64,000 bases of DNA from Acinetobacter phage ABPH49, in the sequence record MH533020.1, one strand, 5' to 3'. A program made the position numbers and the translations under genes. This document shows positions 1 to 8,156 of this stretch, one piece after another. The first letter of the stretch is position 1, and the number at the start of each line of letters is the position of its first letter. The notes beneath the pieces were generated by a model that had not been told where the DNA came from, searched no databases, and saw only the letters and a program-made list of their open reading frames with translations.

Positions 1-114
1 ACTTCTTTTTTAATCAGCGCTTTGGCCTCAACCGCCGATCCGGCCTTGATCCATTGCCGCCCGTAGTGCTGGCCGACTTGCCAGCGGATCAAATATTCTT
101 TCATTTTGTTGCCC

Positions 115-375
115 TCATCTTAATTGTGAATCTTTAGACCCGCGCCGGTTGTACGTTGACGCGATCGCCCGATCGTGGTCCTGTTGGCACGTGATGCAAT
201 ACCGGCAACCCGGCACGGCCGCCCGGCGGCGCTCTGGTATAGGCTCCCCGCAATCGTCACAGTGAGTTAATGATTCACCCCGGCGGATCTGGGACCGTGC
301 AAAATCGATCGCGTTGTCTATTGTTGCTTGGATCATGTTTAGATGATCGTCAGCACCTGCAAAACCACTAGCCAT
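115..375 (-). CDS. DksA/TraR-family C4 zinc-finger regulator (about 86 aa from the ATG at 375; the ORF track extends to a GTG at 420)
   Basis: C-terminal CDDCGEPIPERRRAAVPGCRYCITC four-Cys zinc finger typical of TraR/DksA. AAGGGA RBS 9 nt upstream of the ATG at 375. Confidence 0.7.
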   Translation of the reverse strand: MASGFAGADDHLNMIQATIDNAIDFARSQIRRGESLTHCDDCGEPIPERRRAAVPGCRYCITCQQDHDRAIASTYNRRGSKDSQLR

Positions 376-391
376 AAAATAGAGTCCCTTG

Positions 392-420
392 TAAAGTTTC
401 GGACAGTCTACGCCAGCCAC
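392..420 (-). promoter_or_regulatory. Candidate sigma-70 promoter for the DksA/TraR-like gene (TTGCTT-N17-TAGACT on the minus strand)
   Basis: Read on the reverse complement; weak match to consensus. Confidence 0.25.
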
Positions 421-456
421 CGGAGCAAAGCAAGCAAAAATATTTTAATTTTGTTG

Positions 457-484
457 TTGACTGCTGCAACACAGGGCCTATAAT
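457..484 (+). promoter_or_regulatory. Near-consensus sigma-70 promoter, TTGACT-N16-TATAAT
   Basis: TTGACT at 457-462 and TATAAT at 479-484. The ORF-track ATG at 483 lies inside the -10 element, so it is unlikely to be a real start. Confidence 0.5.
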
Positions 485-515
485 GGAGGTACAAACAACG
501 CGGAGAATTGAAACA

Positions 516-725
516 ATGTTGAACCTTGACCAGTTGAAAGCAGCAATAAATAACGGGGAGCTTGAAACGGCTTACAAGGATTGCCGCCGGTACGGGGTGA
601 TAACCTCCAAAGAGGATCGCCAGTGGTTTGGCGACATTATCACCACGGTTTGGATAAGTTATCTGGGTAGGCCCTTTAAATTCTCCTTGCGGTTAGGTGT
701 GGTAACGGCGGCAACTCTTTATTAA
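516..725 (+). CDS. Small hypothetical protein (69 aa, MLNLDQLKAAINNGELE...)
   Basis: First ATG downstream of the predicted transcription start; GGAG about 10 nt upstream. Followed by a hairpin terminator. Confidence 0.4.
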   Translation: MLNLDQLKAAINNGELETAYKDCRRYGVITSKEDRQWFGDIITTVWISYLGRPFKFSLRLGVVTAATLY

Positions 726-731
726 ATTGTG

Positions 732-767
732 TTGACAACCCAGCGCAAGCTGGGTTATTCTGTTGTC
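732..767 (+). terminator. TTGACA followed by ACCCAGC-GCAA-GCTGGGT hairpin and U-rich tail; terminator for the 516-725 gene and/or a promoter-hairpin module
   Basis: 7-bp stem with a GNRA loop followed by TATTCTGTTGTC. An outer inverted repeat TTGACAAC/GTTGTCA encloses it. Confidence 0.45.
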
Positions 768-959
768 AGCAGGAAACGCCACCCCACGGCGAAAAGGCGG
801 GGCTAACGCAGCCGGGCACGGCGCGGAAGGTTAATCGCCGGTAGCTCGTCCAAAATTTCTTTTGTAAAGATTGAGAAAAAGCTTGATCGTGGGTGTGAGT
901 GTGCTATTCTTATCACATGGCACCGGATGACGGGGAAGACAAACACCACCCCTGCCTGT

Positions 960-1015
960 CATTCTGCAAACGAGAATGATTATCATTCAACATCCTAAAT
1001 GAGAACCATTCTCAT
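960..1015. promoter_or_regulatory. Palindrome cluster built on AGAATG/CATTCT half-sites (candidate operator or origin element)
   Basis: CATTCTgcaaacgAGAATG at 960-978, GAATGAT-T-ATCATTC at 974-988, ATGAGAAccaTTCTCAT at 999-1015. Confidence 0.5.
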
Positions 1016-1067
1016 CCCGACCGGGAGAGATCTAGACCGAAAAACTGATTTACAAAAACAGGATACC

Positions 1068-1269
1068 CTAGAAAAATTTTTCGCCCTCCCCTCTTCTGAT
1101 ATAATACGATCGGAAATTTAAAAAATCGATCGAGATCCTAAAAATTTTTCGCCCTGCCCTTCTGTAGATTACGAAACCGAAAATGAAAAACCGATCGAGT
1201 ACCAGAAAATTTTTTCGCCCTCCCCTGCCCGGGGTATTTCGATCTCGATTTTGAAAAACCGATCGAGAA
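1068..1269. repeat. Three tandem direct repeats of about 66 bp (AAAATTTTTCGCCCTCCCC ... AAAAACCGATCGAG)
   Basis: Units at about 1068-1137, 1138-1202 and 1203-1269 share both end motifs with a variable ~20-bp core. The region is non-coding; only a spurious antisense ORF covers it. Confidence 0.75.
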
Positions 1270-1284
1270 CTCAAGTTTTTTTTA

Positions 1285-1500
1285 ATCCCACGAGGTTGGT
1301 AGGAGCGGGCCGATGGAGACCCTTCCGGTGGGTCAAGGTGTTGGGATACGTGGCGAAGTTATCCACACTTGGAGGTAAGTGGGTGGTAAGCTGTAGGTGG
1401 ATGGAGGCCCTGAGTGGGTGATTACCGGCAACCGAGTGGCCGCCGGGATCTCAATTTGAATCTCGATTTGGATTTGATTTTGATTCAGGTTTTATAATAT
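1285..1500 (+). other. G-rich non-coding tract (GGTGG/GGAGG-rich) followed by GATTTG and AAATATC micro-repeats
   Basis: Strongly strand-asymmetric G-rich composition with no ORF; the AAATATC repeats run into the 3' end of the 1512-2291 gene. Confidence 0.35.
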
Positions 1501-1511
1501 CCTGAAAAATA

Positions 1512-2291
1512 TCAAATATCTCCAAATATCTTGTCGAGATTGTACTGGTGGGACGGGTAAATCATCTGGAAAAGATCTCCCTCTTCTTTCGTAGGCTTCG
1601 TCCAGTCAACAAATATCTTCTTCACCTCTGCGATAGGGATCGTTAAATATCCGCTATCACCGGGCAGCTGCATCCCGACCTTACCCTCTGTAAGGTTCAA
1701 CACACATCCATTGCGGTAAACGTAGAAGCCGTGGCCGCACCACACGGCACGAATACCCTGCACTGGGTCCATGATCTGATACTCACCACGCTTCAAGTCA
1801 GGGTACATGGTGCAACGCCTCAGGCCGAGCGACGTAATTACCTCAACAAACAACGGGGCGACTTTATGTGCGGCTATGTGGGAATCAACAGTCATGGCGT
1901 ATGGGAGGTTTCTAGTAAGTTCTTCCCTCATGTGGGTCACCATAATCTTCAGCTGTTCCAGAGACAGCTCGTCAAGGTCTGGTTCCTCATGTAAGCCGCC
2001 TGACGCCTCTAGGGCACATACCACGTCATGGCGGAAGTCATCCATCTTCTCGTAGACTTTGTCGTGGTACTCCATGAAGTCACTGAAGTCGGGGGCCGAA
2101 AGGCTGTTAAGCTCCTTCACCAATGGGTGCACGTCATCAAGATCATCAGCATTATCGAGATTGTTGGCAATCGTGGCAATCTCCGACATCAGGTCATCCG
2201 CACTCGGAGAGGCTGGAGTCTTGCAATTGTAATTGGCATAGTATTCGGTAACACCCAATACGTGATCCATAGTGATATGGTTTAGTGGCAC
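1512..2291 (-). CDS. Hypothetical protein (about 260 aa; GTG start at 2291 after GGAGG, alternative ATG at 2270)
   Basis: Long ORF. The upstream part of the 303-aa track ORF is occupied by the terminator hairpin of the preceding gene. No confident family assignment. Confidence 0.55.
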   Translation of the reverse strand: MPLNHITMDHVLGVTEYYANYNCKTPASPSADDLMSEIATIANNLDNADDLDDVHPLVKELNSLSAPDFSDFMEYHDKVYEKMDDFRHDVVCALEASGGLHEEPDLDELSLEQLKIMVTHMREELTRNLPYAMTVDSHIAAHKVAPLFVEVITSLGLRRCTMYPDLKRGEYQIMDPVQGIRAVWCGHGFYVYRNGCVLNLTEGKVGMQLPGDSGYLTIPIAEVKKIFVDWTKPTKEEGDLFQMIYPSHQYNLDKIFGDI

Positions 2292-2370
2292 AAAACCTCC
2301 TGTACGCCATTCTAAAGACGTTGATTGTTTACTGGTGTGGTTGGATGGGTTGGGGGTTGAAAGTTGAATA

Positions 2371-2394
2371 GCGGCCCGCAGGGGCCGCACAGAA
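2371..2394 (-). terminator. Hairpin GCGGCCCCTGCGGGCCGC downstream of the 2396-2698 gene
   Basis: Perfect 7-bp GC stem immediately after the stop; weak U tract. Confidence 0.45.
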
Positions 2395-2395
2395 G

Positions 2396-2698
2396 CTACA
2401 GCAGGTACGCCACCAACCAGCACCGGGTCTTCATGAACTCAAGGGTCCAATCAACCGCTTCGTTGAACTCCGCGACGTGCTCGGCGCTGGCGCTGATCCG
2501 AAGGATATTGAAGGTATTATCGTCAACATCCAGAGTCACGTGACTGTTGAAGTCCTGACTCTCAAATTCGGCAACCACCAAATCTTCCATCTCAGCGTTG
2601 TCCGACCAAACGTTTTCAGGGTCGGTGCTCTCGAATGCCAGCCGGGCGGTAGAGATTATCGACTTGATCCCGAGATCTTTTCTTTCGTGATGTTTCAT
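2396..2698 (-). CDS. Acidic hypothetical protein (100 aa)
   Basis: ORF with a GGGAGA RBS; Asp/Glu-rich. Confidence 0.55.
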   Translation of the reverse strand: MKHHERKDLGIKSIISTARLAFESTDPENVWSDNAEMEDLVVAEFESQDFNSHVTLDVDDNTFNILRISASAEHVAEFNEAVDWTLEFMKTRCWLVAYLL

Positions 2699-2706
2699 GT
2701 TCTCCC

Positions 2707-2856
2707 CTATCGATGCAGGATGTATGCGAAGTACGCGCTGTTGCGGTTGGCCTTCACGCCATAATACGCCTCATGCCCGTAGCCAAACAGCCAGCCGGTG
2801 ACGATCAGGATGTACTCCCACATCTTCCAGCGTGCTTTGAGTGCCAGCTTTTTCAT
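2707..2856 (-). CDS. Small hydrophobic protein (49 aa, MKKLALKARWKMWEYILIVTGWLFGY...)
   Basis: Not in the ORF track (under 60 aa). Strong GGAGGGG RBS, ATGA overlap with the upstream gene, one predicted TM segment. Confidence 0.45.
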   Translation of the reverse strand: MKKLALKARWKMWEYILIVTGWLFGYGHEAYYGVKANRNSAYFAYILHR

Positions 2857-3017
2857 TTCCCCTCCGGGTGGTTGATTGTCGTCAATGTCTCACCCAGAGT
2901 CCGGGCCAGCTGCTCACGGAGTTGTTGGGTGCCTTGGTATTTCACGGCCGTGTCACGGAGCCTGTTTACAAGCTCCCGAAACACGTGCGGCTTTACGTGG
3001 GTCTTAGTCTCGTTCAT
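2853..3017 (-). CDS. Small hypothetical protein (54 aa, MNETKTHVKPHVFRELVNRL...)
   Basis: Not in the ORF track. Fills the gap between the two neighbouring genes; its stop overlaps the next ATG (ATGA). Weak RBS. Confidence 0.35.
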   Translation of the reverse strand: MNETKTHVKPHVFRELVNRLRDTAVKYQGTQQLREQLARTLGETLTTINHPEGK

Positions 3018-3456
3018 CTTTCTTTGCCGGTGCGATGAAGTAGTTCTGACCCTGTTTCACTTGCACAAAGAAGCCACGGAACCACACGCTACCGTCCAGC
3101 ATGTCTGTATTCATAGCCACATCGTACAGATCGAGGGTTTCACGGGATGGGCGCATGGTGGCCGTCAGAAGAGTGTCGAATGCACTCATTGAAAGCTCGT
3201 ACATGTGGCCGTCTTTGTCTTCCAGATGGATGTTGGCTGCGCTACGCCCACGGCTGTAAGTGTTGTAACGGAGTTCCAGCTTCCGACTGATGTGCTGATC
3301 CACAATCTTGTGCGTCTGCGAAGGCATCCAGTGATATTTGTCCCGATCCTCCTCGATCCGGATGTCGCCTTCCCAGCCAGTATACCACTTGCCGTCTTTT
3401 TCCCCGCCATCGTAAACTACCGCAGGATACTTTCGTTTGTTCAGCTTTTTGTTCAT
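3004..3456 (-). CDS. Hypothetical protein (150 aa)
   Basis: ORF with a GGAGG RBS (ggaggtaaaATG). Confidence 0.65.
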   Translation of the reverse strand: MNKKLNKRKYPAVVYDGGEKDGKWYTGWEGDIRIEEDRDKYHWMPSQTHKIVDQHISRKLELRYNTYSRGRSAANIHLEDKDGHMYELSMSAFDTLLTATMRPSRETLDLYDVAMNTDMLDGSVWFRGFFVQVKQGQNYFIAPAKKDERD

Positions 3457-3545
3457 TTTACCTCCACAGCGTTATCAGTAGGTGGAGTGTACCACACACA
3501 ACCACCAATGCAAGCCCTAATCTGATCATCCAAAATGAGATCAGG

Positions 3546-3767
3546 TCACCCATGCGATCCTTTTCGATTTTTGGCCTCCTTTTGGTTTATTGCAATAAAC
3601 CATGCCACTGTAAATGCTATGCACGTTATGGATCTGGCGATCTTGTCATTCTCGACACCGAACAGGTGGTTCAACAACATGTGGGTGCCGACACCAAATG
3701 CAGCCAGTAAGGCTCCACACAGGGCCATCCAAAACATCACGACCAGAAACTGTAAGAAAATCTTCAT
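3546..3767 (-). CDS. Small membrane protein (73 aa from the ATG at 3767; the ORF track uses an upstream TTG)
   Basis: Two hydrophobic helices; ATGA overlap with the upstream gene. Confidence 0.5.
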   Translation of the reverse strand: MKIFLQFLVVMFWMALCGALLAAFGVGTHMLLNHLFGVENDKIARSITCIAFTVAWFIAINQKEAKNRKGSHG

Positions 3768-3964
3768 TTCTTTATGAACTCCTTCTCTATCATATTCCCC
3801 AACAAGTAGCAAGTGACAAATACAGCAGCTATTCCAACGAACTTAATGAACATCCACAAGTTATTGTTTATTAGCCATGCGGCACTGATCATCAAAGCTG
3901 CAACGATCATGATCACAATGATAGCACACAACCCATAAAACATACGCTTTAGAAAATTAGACAT
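3764..3964 (-). CDS. Small membrane protein (66 aa, MSNFLKRMFYGLCAIIVIMIVAALMI...)
   Basis: GGAGG RBS 5 nt upstream of the ATG at 3964; two TM helices. The ORF-track N-terminal extension lacks an RBS. Confidence 0.6.
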   Translation of the reverse strand: MSNFLKRMFYGLCAIIVIMIVAALMISAAWLINNNLWMFIKFVGIAAVFVTCYLLGNMIEKEFIKK

Positions 3965-4005
3965 GAAAACCTCCAACATTTAGTAAAGATCCGTTATAAT
4001 TAGGA

Positions 4006-4044
4006 GATCAATAATGACGACCGGTTAGGGAGTTATTATTGATC
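4006..4044. promoter_or_regulatory. 10/11-bp inverted repeat GATCAATAATG ... TATTATTGATC separated by about 17 bp (candidate operator in the leader of the leftward operon)
   Basis: Seen directly in the sequence between the 4153-4533 gene and the small membrane-protein genes. Confidence 0.3.
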
Positions 4045-4152
4045 GAATAATTATCATGAGCGACCAGCGGGAGCGAGTGTTCTTATGTTAATACTTGTGT
4101 TCCTTTTTAAGAACACCACTCCACGCCGATCTTGTAGCTGTTGACTACAACA

Positions 4153-4533
4153 TCATCTCTCGAGACGCTTGGTGAACTTCCTCACCGCGTTGTCAACCTC
4201 CTCATCATCGGTACCGGCCTGCCAGTGGATAACGAGAAGTGATCCCAACTCTATCATCTCTCGGTCCACGTCGTCAAACCTTTCCGTCAACATTTGGATC
4301 AGATCCTTCTCACTGTCCTGAACGTCGTCTGGATAGGTGAAACTGTTGAACTTGACATACGTGTCTTCGAATCCATCACTGAACTTCCGCTCAATTTGGA
4401 AACCTTTCCCGTTGGCCGTGATGTTGTACACGATGCTTGACTCTTCCCCTGAGTCTGGGATATCCGTTACTGTGAAGATCCCGTACATCCCTGTACGAAC
4501 GGCGATTGCTTCGCCAGATACGTTTCTTGCCAT
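4153..4533 (-). CDS. Hypothetical protein (126 aa)
   Basis: ORF with a GGAGA RBS. Confidence 0.6.
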   Translation of the reverse strand: MARNVSGEAIAVRTGMYGIFTVTDIPDSGEESSIVYNITANGKGFQIERKFSDGFEDTYVKFNSFTYPDDVQDSEKDLIQMLTERFDDVDREMIELGSLLVIHWQAGTDDEEVDNAVRKFTKRLER

Positions 4534-4542
4534 GAACTCTCC

Positions 4543-6309
4543 TTACATGAACTCATCGAAGTAGATCACCTCGCCAAATGGCGCTATCCACGGTGCCCGT
4601 CGCCCACCCAGCTTGACCCACAAGGTTTGGTTGTACTTGTGGTACCAATCTTTCTCGTTGGCTGGAGAGTGGAACTCGCAGTCAGTGAAGATTATCAGCT
4701 GATCAACCCGCTCGTCAAGCGTGTCGAGGTAATTAAACACGCAGAACACGTCAGTCCCCCACGAAGTCTCGATCTTGTAATCGTTGATCTCGAAGGCATT
4801 CTCTTTCGTGTACCGGCATACCTTGCCCACGTGCGTTGACCAGCAGAACAATACCACCTCGAACTCGTCGAACTGGTTCATCAGTCCACCGATCTCATTT
4901 CGAACATGGCGGAGAAGGCCGTCGTTAAATGACCCTGACACGTCGAAACCAATGAATACCTTGATGATCTTCTTGGTATCCTTGCCCGGCAACACGACCG
5001 ACTGGTTCGGCTTAATGTACCCACCTGACCGCAGTGAGCGAGTCAATGACCACGACCGACGATGTGGACGGCGATACGACACGTTTTCCTTACGCAGAGA
5101 CATCAGGGTCTTACGGATCATCTCCATGTAGTTGATACAGGCTTGTTGGCCGTCTTCCAACCACTCGCGGGCCTCTTTTGGTGCAGCTGCCCCAGCGTTA
5201 ATGATCGCAACCTCGCATGTGCGACGCATAACCGCCTGATTTTCTTTCATCTCCTCTTCGGAAATCTCAGGCTGCTTTGATGTGTCTACGCCCAGTGCAC
5301 TTTGGATATCCCCGAGGGAAGTCTTTCCGTCATCATCCTCTTCACCTTCCTGATCGGAGGATCCCTTTCCGCCGACGCCGGATCCTTCTCCCTCTTCTTC
5401 ACCCTCGCCCTCTTCAGGTTCGCCTTCCCCGTCGCCAGAATCTGCTTCGCCTGAGCCTTCCAAATCCCCCTCGTCGTCCTCTTCTTCCTCGGTATCATCG
5501 TCTTCATCCGGGGAAGACCCGCCACCTTCTTCTTCTTCGGGTTCCTCAGGTGGTGGAGTGCCAGAATCATCCTCTTCTCCCTCCGGCTTGTTGCCGGATC
5601 CGTCTTCATTGAGGTGGACGTCGTGGGACTTGTCTGGAACATCCTCGCCAGACTCTACACGCTTGTAGATGTCTCGGTAAATGTCTTCAGTCGCCCAGTT
5701 CAGGTACTTGAAGTCTACGCAGCACAGGGACAACCATCCGAACTCTTCACCACGGACAAAGACAGTTTTCTCTGCATCAGGGAACCACGCCTTGCCGAGG
5801 GCATCAGTTTTACTGTGCTCGATTACCAGACTTGTGTTGATGCCGTGATCCGCAGCGATGTTGAACTCATCATTGTTGAACTCTTTACCACGGAAGATGT
5901 GTTCGTTCAGTACGTGGCGCACCTCATGCTCCATGACAAAGACAACCTCGCGAGGGGTCTTCTCTTTGAACCAAACATCCAGCTCCTCCTTCAGCCGCTG
6001 CCGCTTAGCGAAGGACATACCCAGACTGTCGATGCGCTTGTGGACCATCTCACGGCGCTTCTCTGACATCCCGGCGATGAACTCGACGGAGTAGTAGAAG
6101 TTGCGACCATCAGTGGCGCAGGTACTTAACCACTCTGTGGCCTCAACAACCGGCATGGATGCGAGCATGGTGCCGTAGAACGGGCGAACACGCTGAAGCT
6201 GTATGGATGCCATCTCCAACAGGCGGGTCGCCTTCTCGGAGTTTATACGCGCCTCTGCAAGCTCTTCTTGGGTCATGTGTTTTGGTGCAGTTAACAACTC
6301 GATAGACAT
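4543..6309 (-). CDS. VWA-domain protein: N-terminal HExxH putative metallopeptidase-like domain, Asp/Glu/Gly-rich linker of about 110 aa, C-terminal vWA domain with DxSGS MIDAS (DUF2201/CobT-like architecture)
   Basis: MEHEVRH (HExxH) motif. Acidic low-complexity tract EEDDSGTPPPEEPEEEEGGG...EGEGEEEGEG. C-terminal FIGFDVSGSF (MIDAS) with vWA-like beta/alpha pattern. Start chosen at the ATG at 6309 (GGAGG RBS) rather than the track start at 6336. Confidence 0.8.
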   Translation of the reverse strand: MSIELLTAPKHMTQEELAEARINSEKATRLLEMASIQLQRVRPFYGTMLASMPVVEATEWLSTCATDGRNFYYSVEFIAGMSEKRREMVHKRIDSLGMSFAKRQRLKEELDVWFKEKTPREVVFVMEHEVRHVLNEHIFRGKEFNNDEFNIAADHGINTSLVIEHSKTDALGKAWFPDAEKTVFVRGEEFGWLSLCCVDFKYLNWATEDIYRDIYKRVESGEDVPDKSHDVHLNEDGSGNKPEGEEDDSGTPPPEEPEEEEGGGSSPDEDDDTEEEEDDEGDLEGSGEADSGDGEGEPEEGEGEEEGEGSGVGGKGSSDQEGEEDDDGKTSLGDIQSALGVDTSKQPEISEEEMKENQAVMRRTCEVAIINAGAAAPKEAREWLEDGQQACINYMEMIRKTLMSLRKENVSYRRPHRRSWSLTRSLRSGGYIKPNQSVVLPGKDTKKIIKVFIGFDVSGSFNDGLLRHVRNEIGGLMNQFDEFEVVLFCWSTHVGKVCRYTKENAFEINDYKIETSWGTDVFCVFNYLDTLDERVDQLIIFTDCEFHSPANEKDWYHKYNQTLWVKLGGRRAPWIAPFGEVIYFDEFM

Positions 6310-6383
6310 TCTTTCCTCCAAAAGAAAATGGGCCATCTGTTAAGATGACCCATTGTTTCATGTGTTGATTACGAAGTCAACAC

Positions 6384-7661
6384 CTATTTGAATGCACTCG
6401 CCATCGATGCATATCGCGCCATGTACATCGAGACGATATTCGACAGGTCTTTCACTTTTCGCAGCAAGCTGGTGATCAGGTTATCGCCACGCAGTGGGTT
6501 CATGTCCAGAATCGCCTCTTCCTCTTTGGCAACCTGACGCATCAGCTTCATGGAGACAGCAATGATCGAGTCCTTGGCTTCATGGATGTGGTTTTTCATC
6601 ATGAATTTCAGGAAGTTAGCTACACGACTCAGGAACTCGTCGTTGCTGTACTTGTCGATATTCATCACATCTTTCTTCAGCTGGCGCAGGCAGTAATACA
6701 CCAACACGGACACCAGATCGATCTCGTTAGGTGCCAGTTTGTTTTTGTGCTCTGTTACCTTCCCGCTGAGTACGTCCTCGGCGTCTGGAAGCTTCTTAGA
6801 CCGCACGTGGTGGTCCATCAGGGCAGTTACCATGTCTGAACCAACCAGACCTTGAATAGCCACTTCTGCCAACTCACGGTCCAGCTCTCCGGCATCATAA
6901 TCATCGAGAACATTGCCGCAGTCTACCAGTTGGCGAGGTGACGAGAAGCATGGCCCTTCGAAGCCTTGTGTACCAACCAGATGGCCGGTATAGATTTTGT
7001 CCGGGTTTTTCTTGATGAAGGTTACGACGCTCTGGTGCACGTTCTGAGGAACAGCGAAGTCCTCGATCCACACAGTTGCGTTATAATCAACCTCAACAAT
7101 CATCATTCGGTTAACCAACGGACCCAACAGCTCGGTTGTTGCACCGTTGTCGCCCGGGCGGTTACCAGCACCGATAAAGACGGACTTCGGGAAGGTGAAC
7201 TCGCCGATACGGTGATCCAGCATGATCTGGTATGCCGCCTGTTGACACGCCGGGCTGGCGTTTGTCAGCTCGTCAAGGAAGACGAATCCGCGCCAGTTTG
7301 GGTCGGTAGGCCAGAAGCTTGGCGTTGCGTACACGGTTCTGACGATAGTCTTTCCGTTCTCGACAACCTCAACTGGGATCTGCACACCGGCCAAGTCGGC
7401 AGGTTCTTTATCCGACAGGCGGATATCACAGACTGACCCCCACGACGTACCGATGTAATCTGGGAACATCTCCGCCGCGAGTTGGGCAATCTTTTGGGAT
7501 TTACCAAGACCGGCACCGCCGAAGAAGAAGATCGCCTTGCCAGTTTTGGCACAGTGTTTGATCAGGGGTTCCATCTGGCGCATGGTTATGCGACGAGTGA
7601 AGATGTTTTGCTTTTTGTACTGAGCCACAATATTTCCTCTTTCATGTGAATGAGGCCCCAT
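6384..7661 (-). CDS. MoxR/CobS-like AAA+ ATPase
   Basis: Walker A GGAGLGKS, Walker B VFLDELTN, sensor/Arg-finger region AGNRPGDNG. Lies directly upstream of the VWA protein. The start is uncertain: ATG at 7661 with an AAGG RBS, while the track uses a TTG at 7688. Confidence 0.8.
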   Translation of the reverse strand: MGPHSHERGNIVAQYKKQNIFTRRITMRQMEPLIKHCAKTGKAIFFFGGAGLGKSQKIAQLAAEMFPDYIGTSWGSVCDIRLSDKEPADLAGVQIPVEVVENGKTIVRTVYATPSFWPTDPNWRGFVFLDELTNASPACQQAAYQIMLDHRIGEFTFPKSVFIGAGNRPGDNGATTELLGPLVNRMMIVEVDYNATVWIEDFAVPQNVHQSVVTFIKKNPDKIYTGHLVGTQGFEGPCFSSPRQLVDCGNVLDDYDAGELDRELAEVAIQGLVGSDMVTALMDHHVRSKKLPDAEDVLSGKVTEHKNKLAPNEIDLVSVLVYYCLRQLKKDVMNIDKYSNDEFLSRVANFLKFMMKNHIHEAKDSIIAVSMKLMRQVAKEEEAILDMNPLRGDNLITSLLRKVKDLSNIVSMYMARYASMASAFK

Positions 7662-7684
7662 GATAAGGACCTTTTGACAGGATG

Positions 7685-7906
7685 TCAAATTACTTTTTCG
7701 TACCCTTCTGCATAGAGGTCAGTGACAAACCATGCAACCAACTTGACTCCACCTTCAGAGAATGGATCCAGTGCCGACGGGTATGGGGTAGCCATAGTTC
7801 CATCTCGCCTTTCAAACCAATTTGTCAGGGTTTTGTTTGCGAAGTCGAATCGGTAAGTATGTCCCGAGATTGGTTCGCGAAAAGTCAAGGTATCATCTTG
7901 ATTCAT
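7685..7906 (-). CDS. Hypothetical protein (73 aa)
   Basis: ORF with a GGAGA RBS. Confidence 0.5.
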   Translation of the reverse strand: MNQDDTLTFREPISGHTYRFDFANKTLTNWFERRDGTMATPYPSALDPFSEGGVKLVAWFVTDLYAEGYEKVI

Positions 7907-8102
7907 AGATGCTCTCCAAGTCTAACCACTGATCAAGACCAACAGCCTTTCCATCGGTCTTCCGGTATTTAGTAATCTTGCCAGTTGAGCACTGGACCGC
8001 ACTGACCCAGTATTTCTGACCCCCGTCCCGCAGTTGCTCTGACCAACCCCACCCGAGGGTGTTGCTGATCTTGCCTCTGTGAGTGAATTCTTTCTTAGCC
8101 AT
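7893..8102 (-). CDS. Hypothetical protein (69 aa, Trp/Gly-rich)
   Basis: ORF with a GGAGG RBS. Confidence 0.55.
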   Translation of the reverse strand: MAKKEFTHRGKISNTLGWGWSEQLRDGGQKYWVSAVQCSTGKITKYRKTDGKAVGLDQWLDLESIYESR

Positions 8103-8156
8103 TATTTACCTCCAGAACAACCCCAACTCCGCCGCAAGTTTGGCATGGGCCAACCT

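Noticed and set aside
483-725. The ORF-track start at 483 (MEVQTTRRIET...).
   Set aside because: The ATG at 483 lies inside the -10 hexamer of a near-consensus promoter, so it would be upstream of the transcription start. The downstream ATG at 516 is used instead.
1068-1274. ORF 1068-1274 (-), 68 aa, and a possible CRISPR array in the 66-bp repeat region.
   Set aside because: The ORF is just the translated tandem repeat. There are only three repeats. The 'spacers' are part of the repeat unit, no cas genes are present, and repeat ends are AT-rich rather than CRISPR-like. I treat it as an iteron-like or regulatory repeat.
2713-3192. ORF-track ORFs on the strand opposite to clearly supported genes. 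Examples: 2713-3192, 24141-25112, 25218-25865, 29501-30595, 36706-37977, 37739-38374, 48442-49365, 59470-60504.
   Set aside because: They lie entirely antisense to long, motif-supported or RBS-supported genes in uniformly co-oriented blocks. They are frequently Arg/Leu/Ser-rich (antisense shadow composition) and lack an RBS.
4543-7661. Calling the AAA+/VWA pair cobaltochelatase CobS/CobT.
   Set aside because: The architecture (MoxR-like ATPase + VWA with an acidic linker) resembles CobS/CobT, but nothing in the sequence shows chelatase function. The HExxH N-domain points to a DUF2201-type protein instead. I keep it as generic MoxR-VWA.
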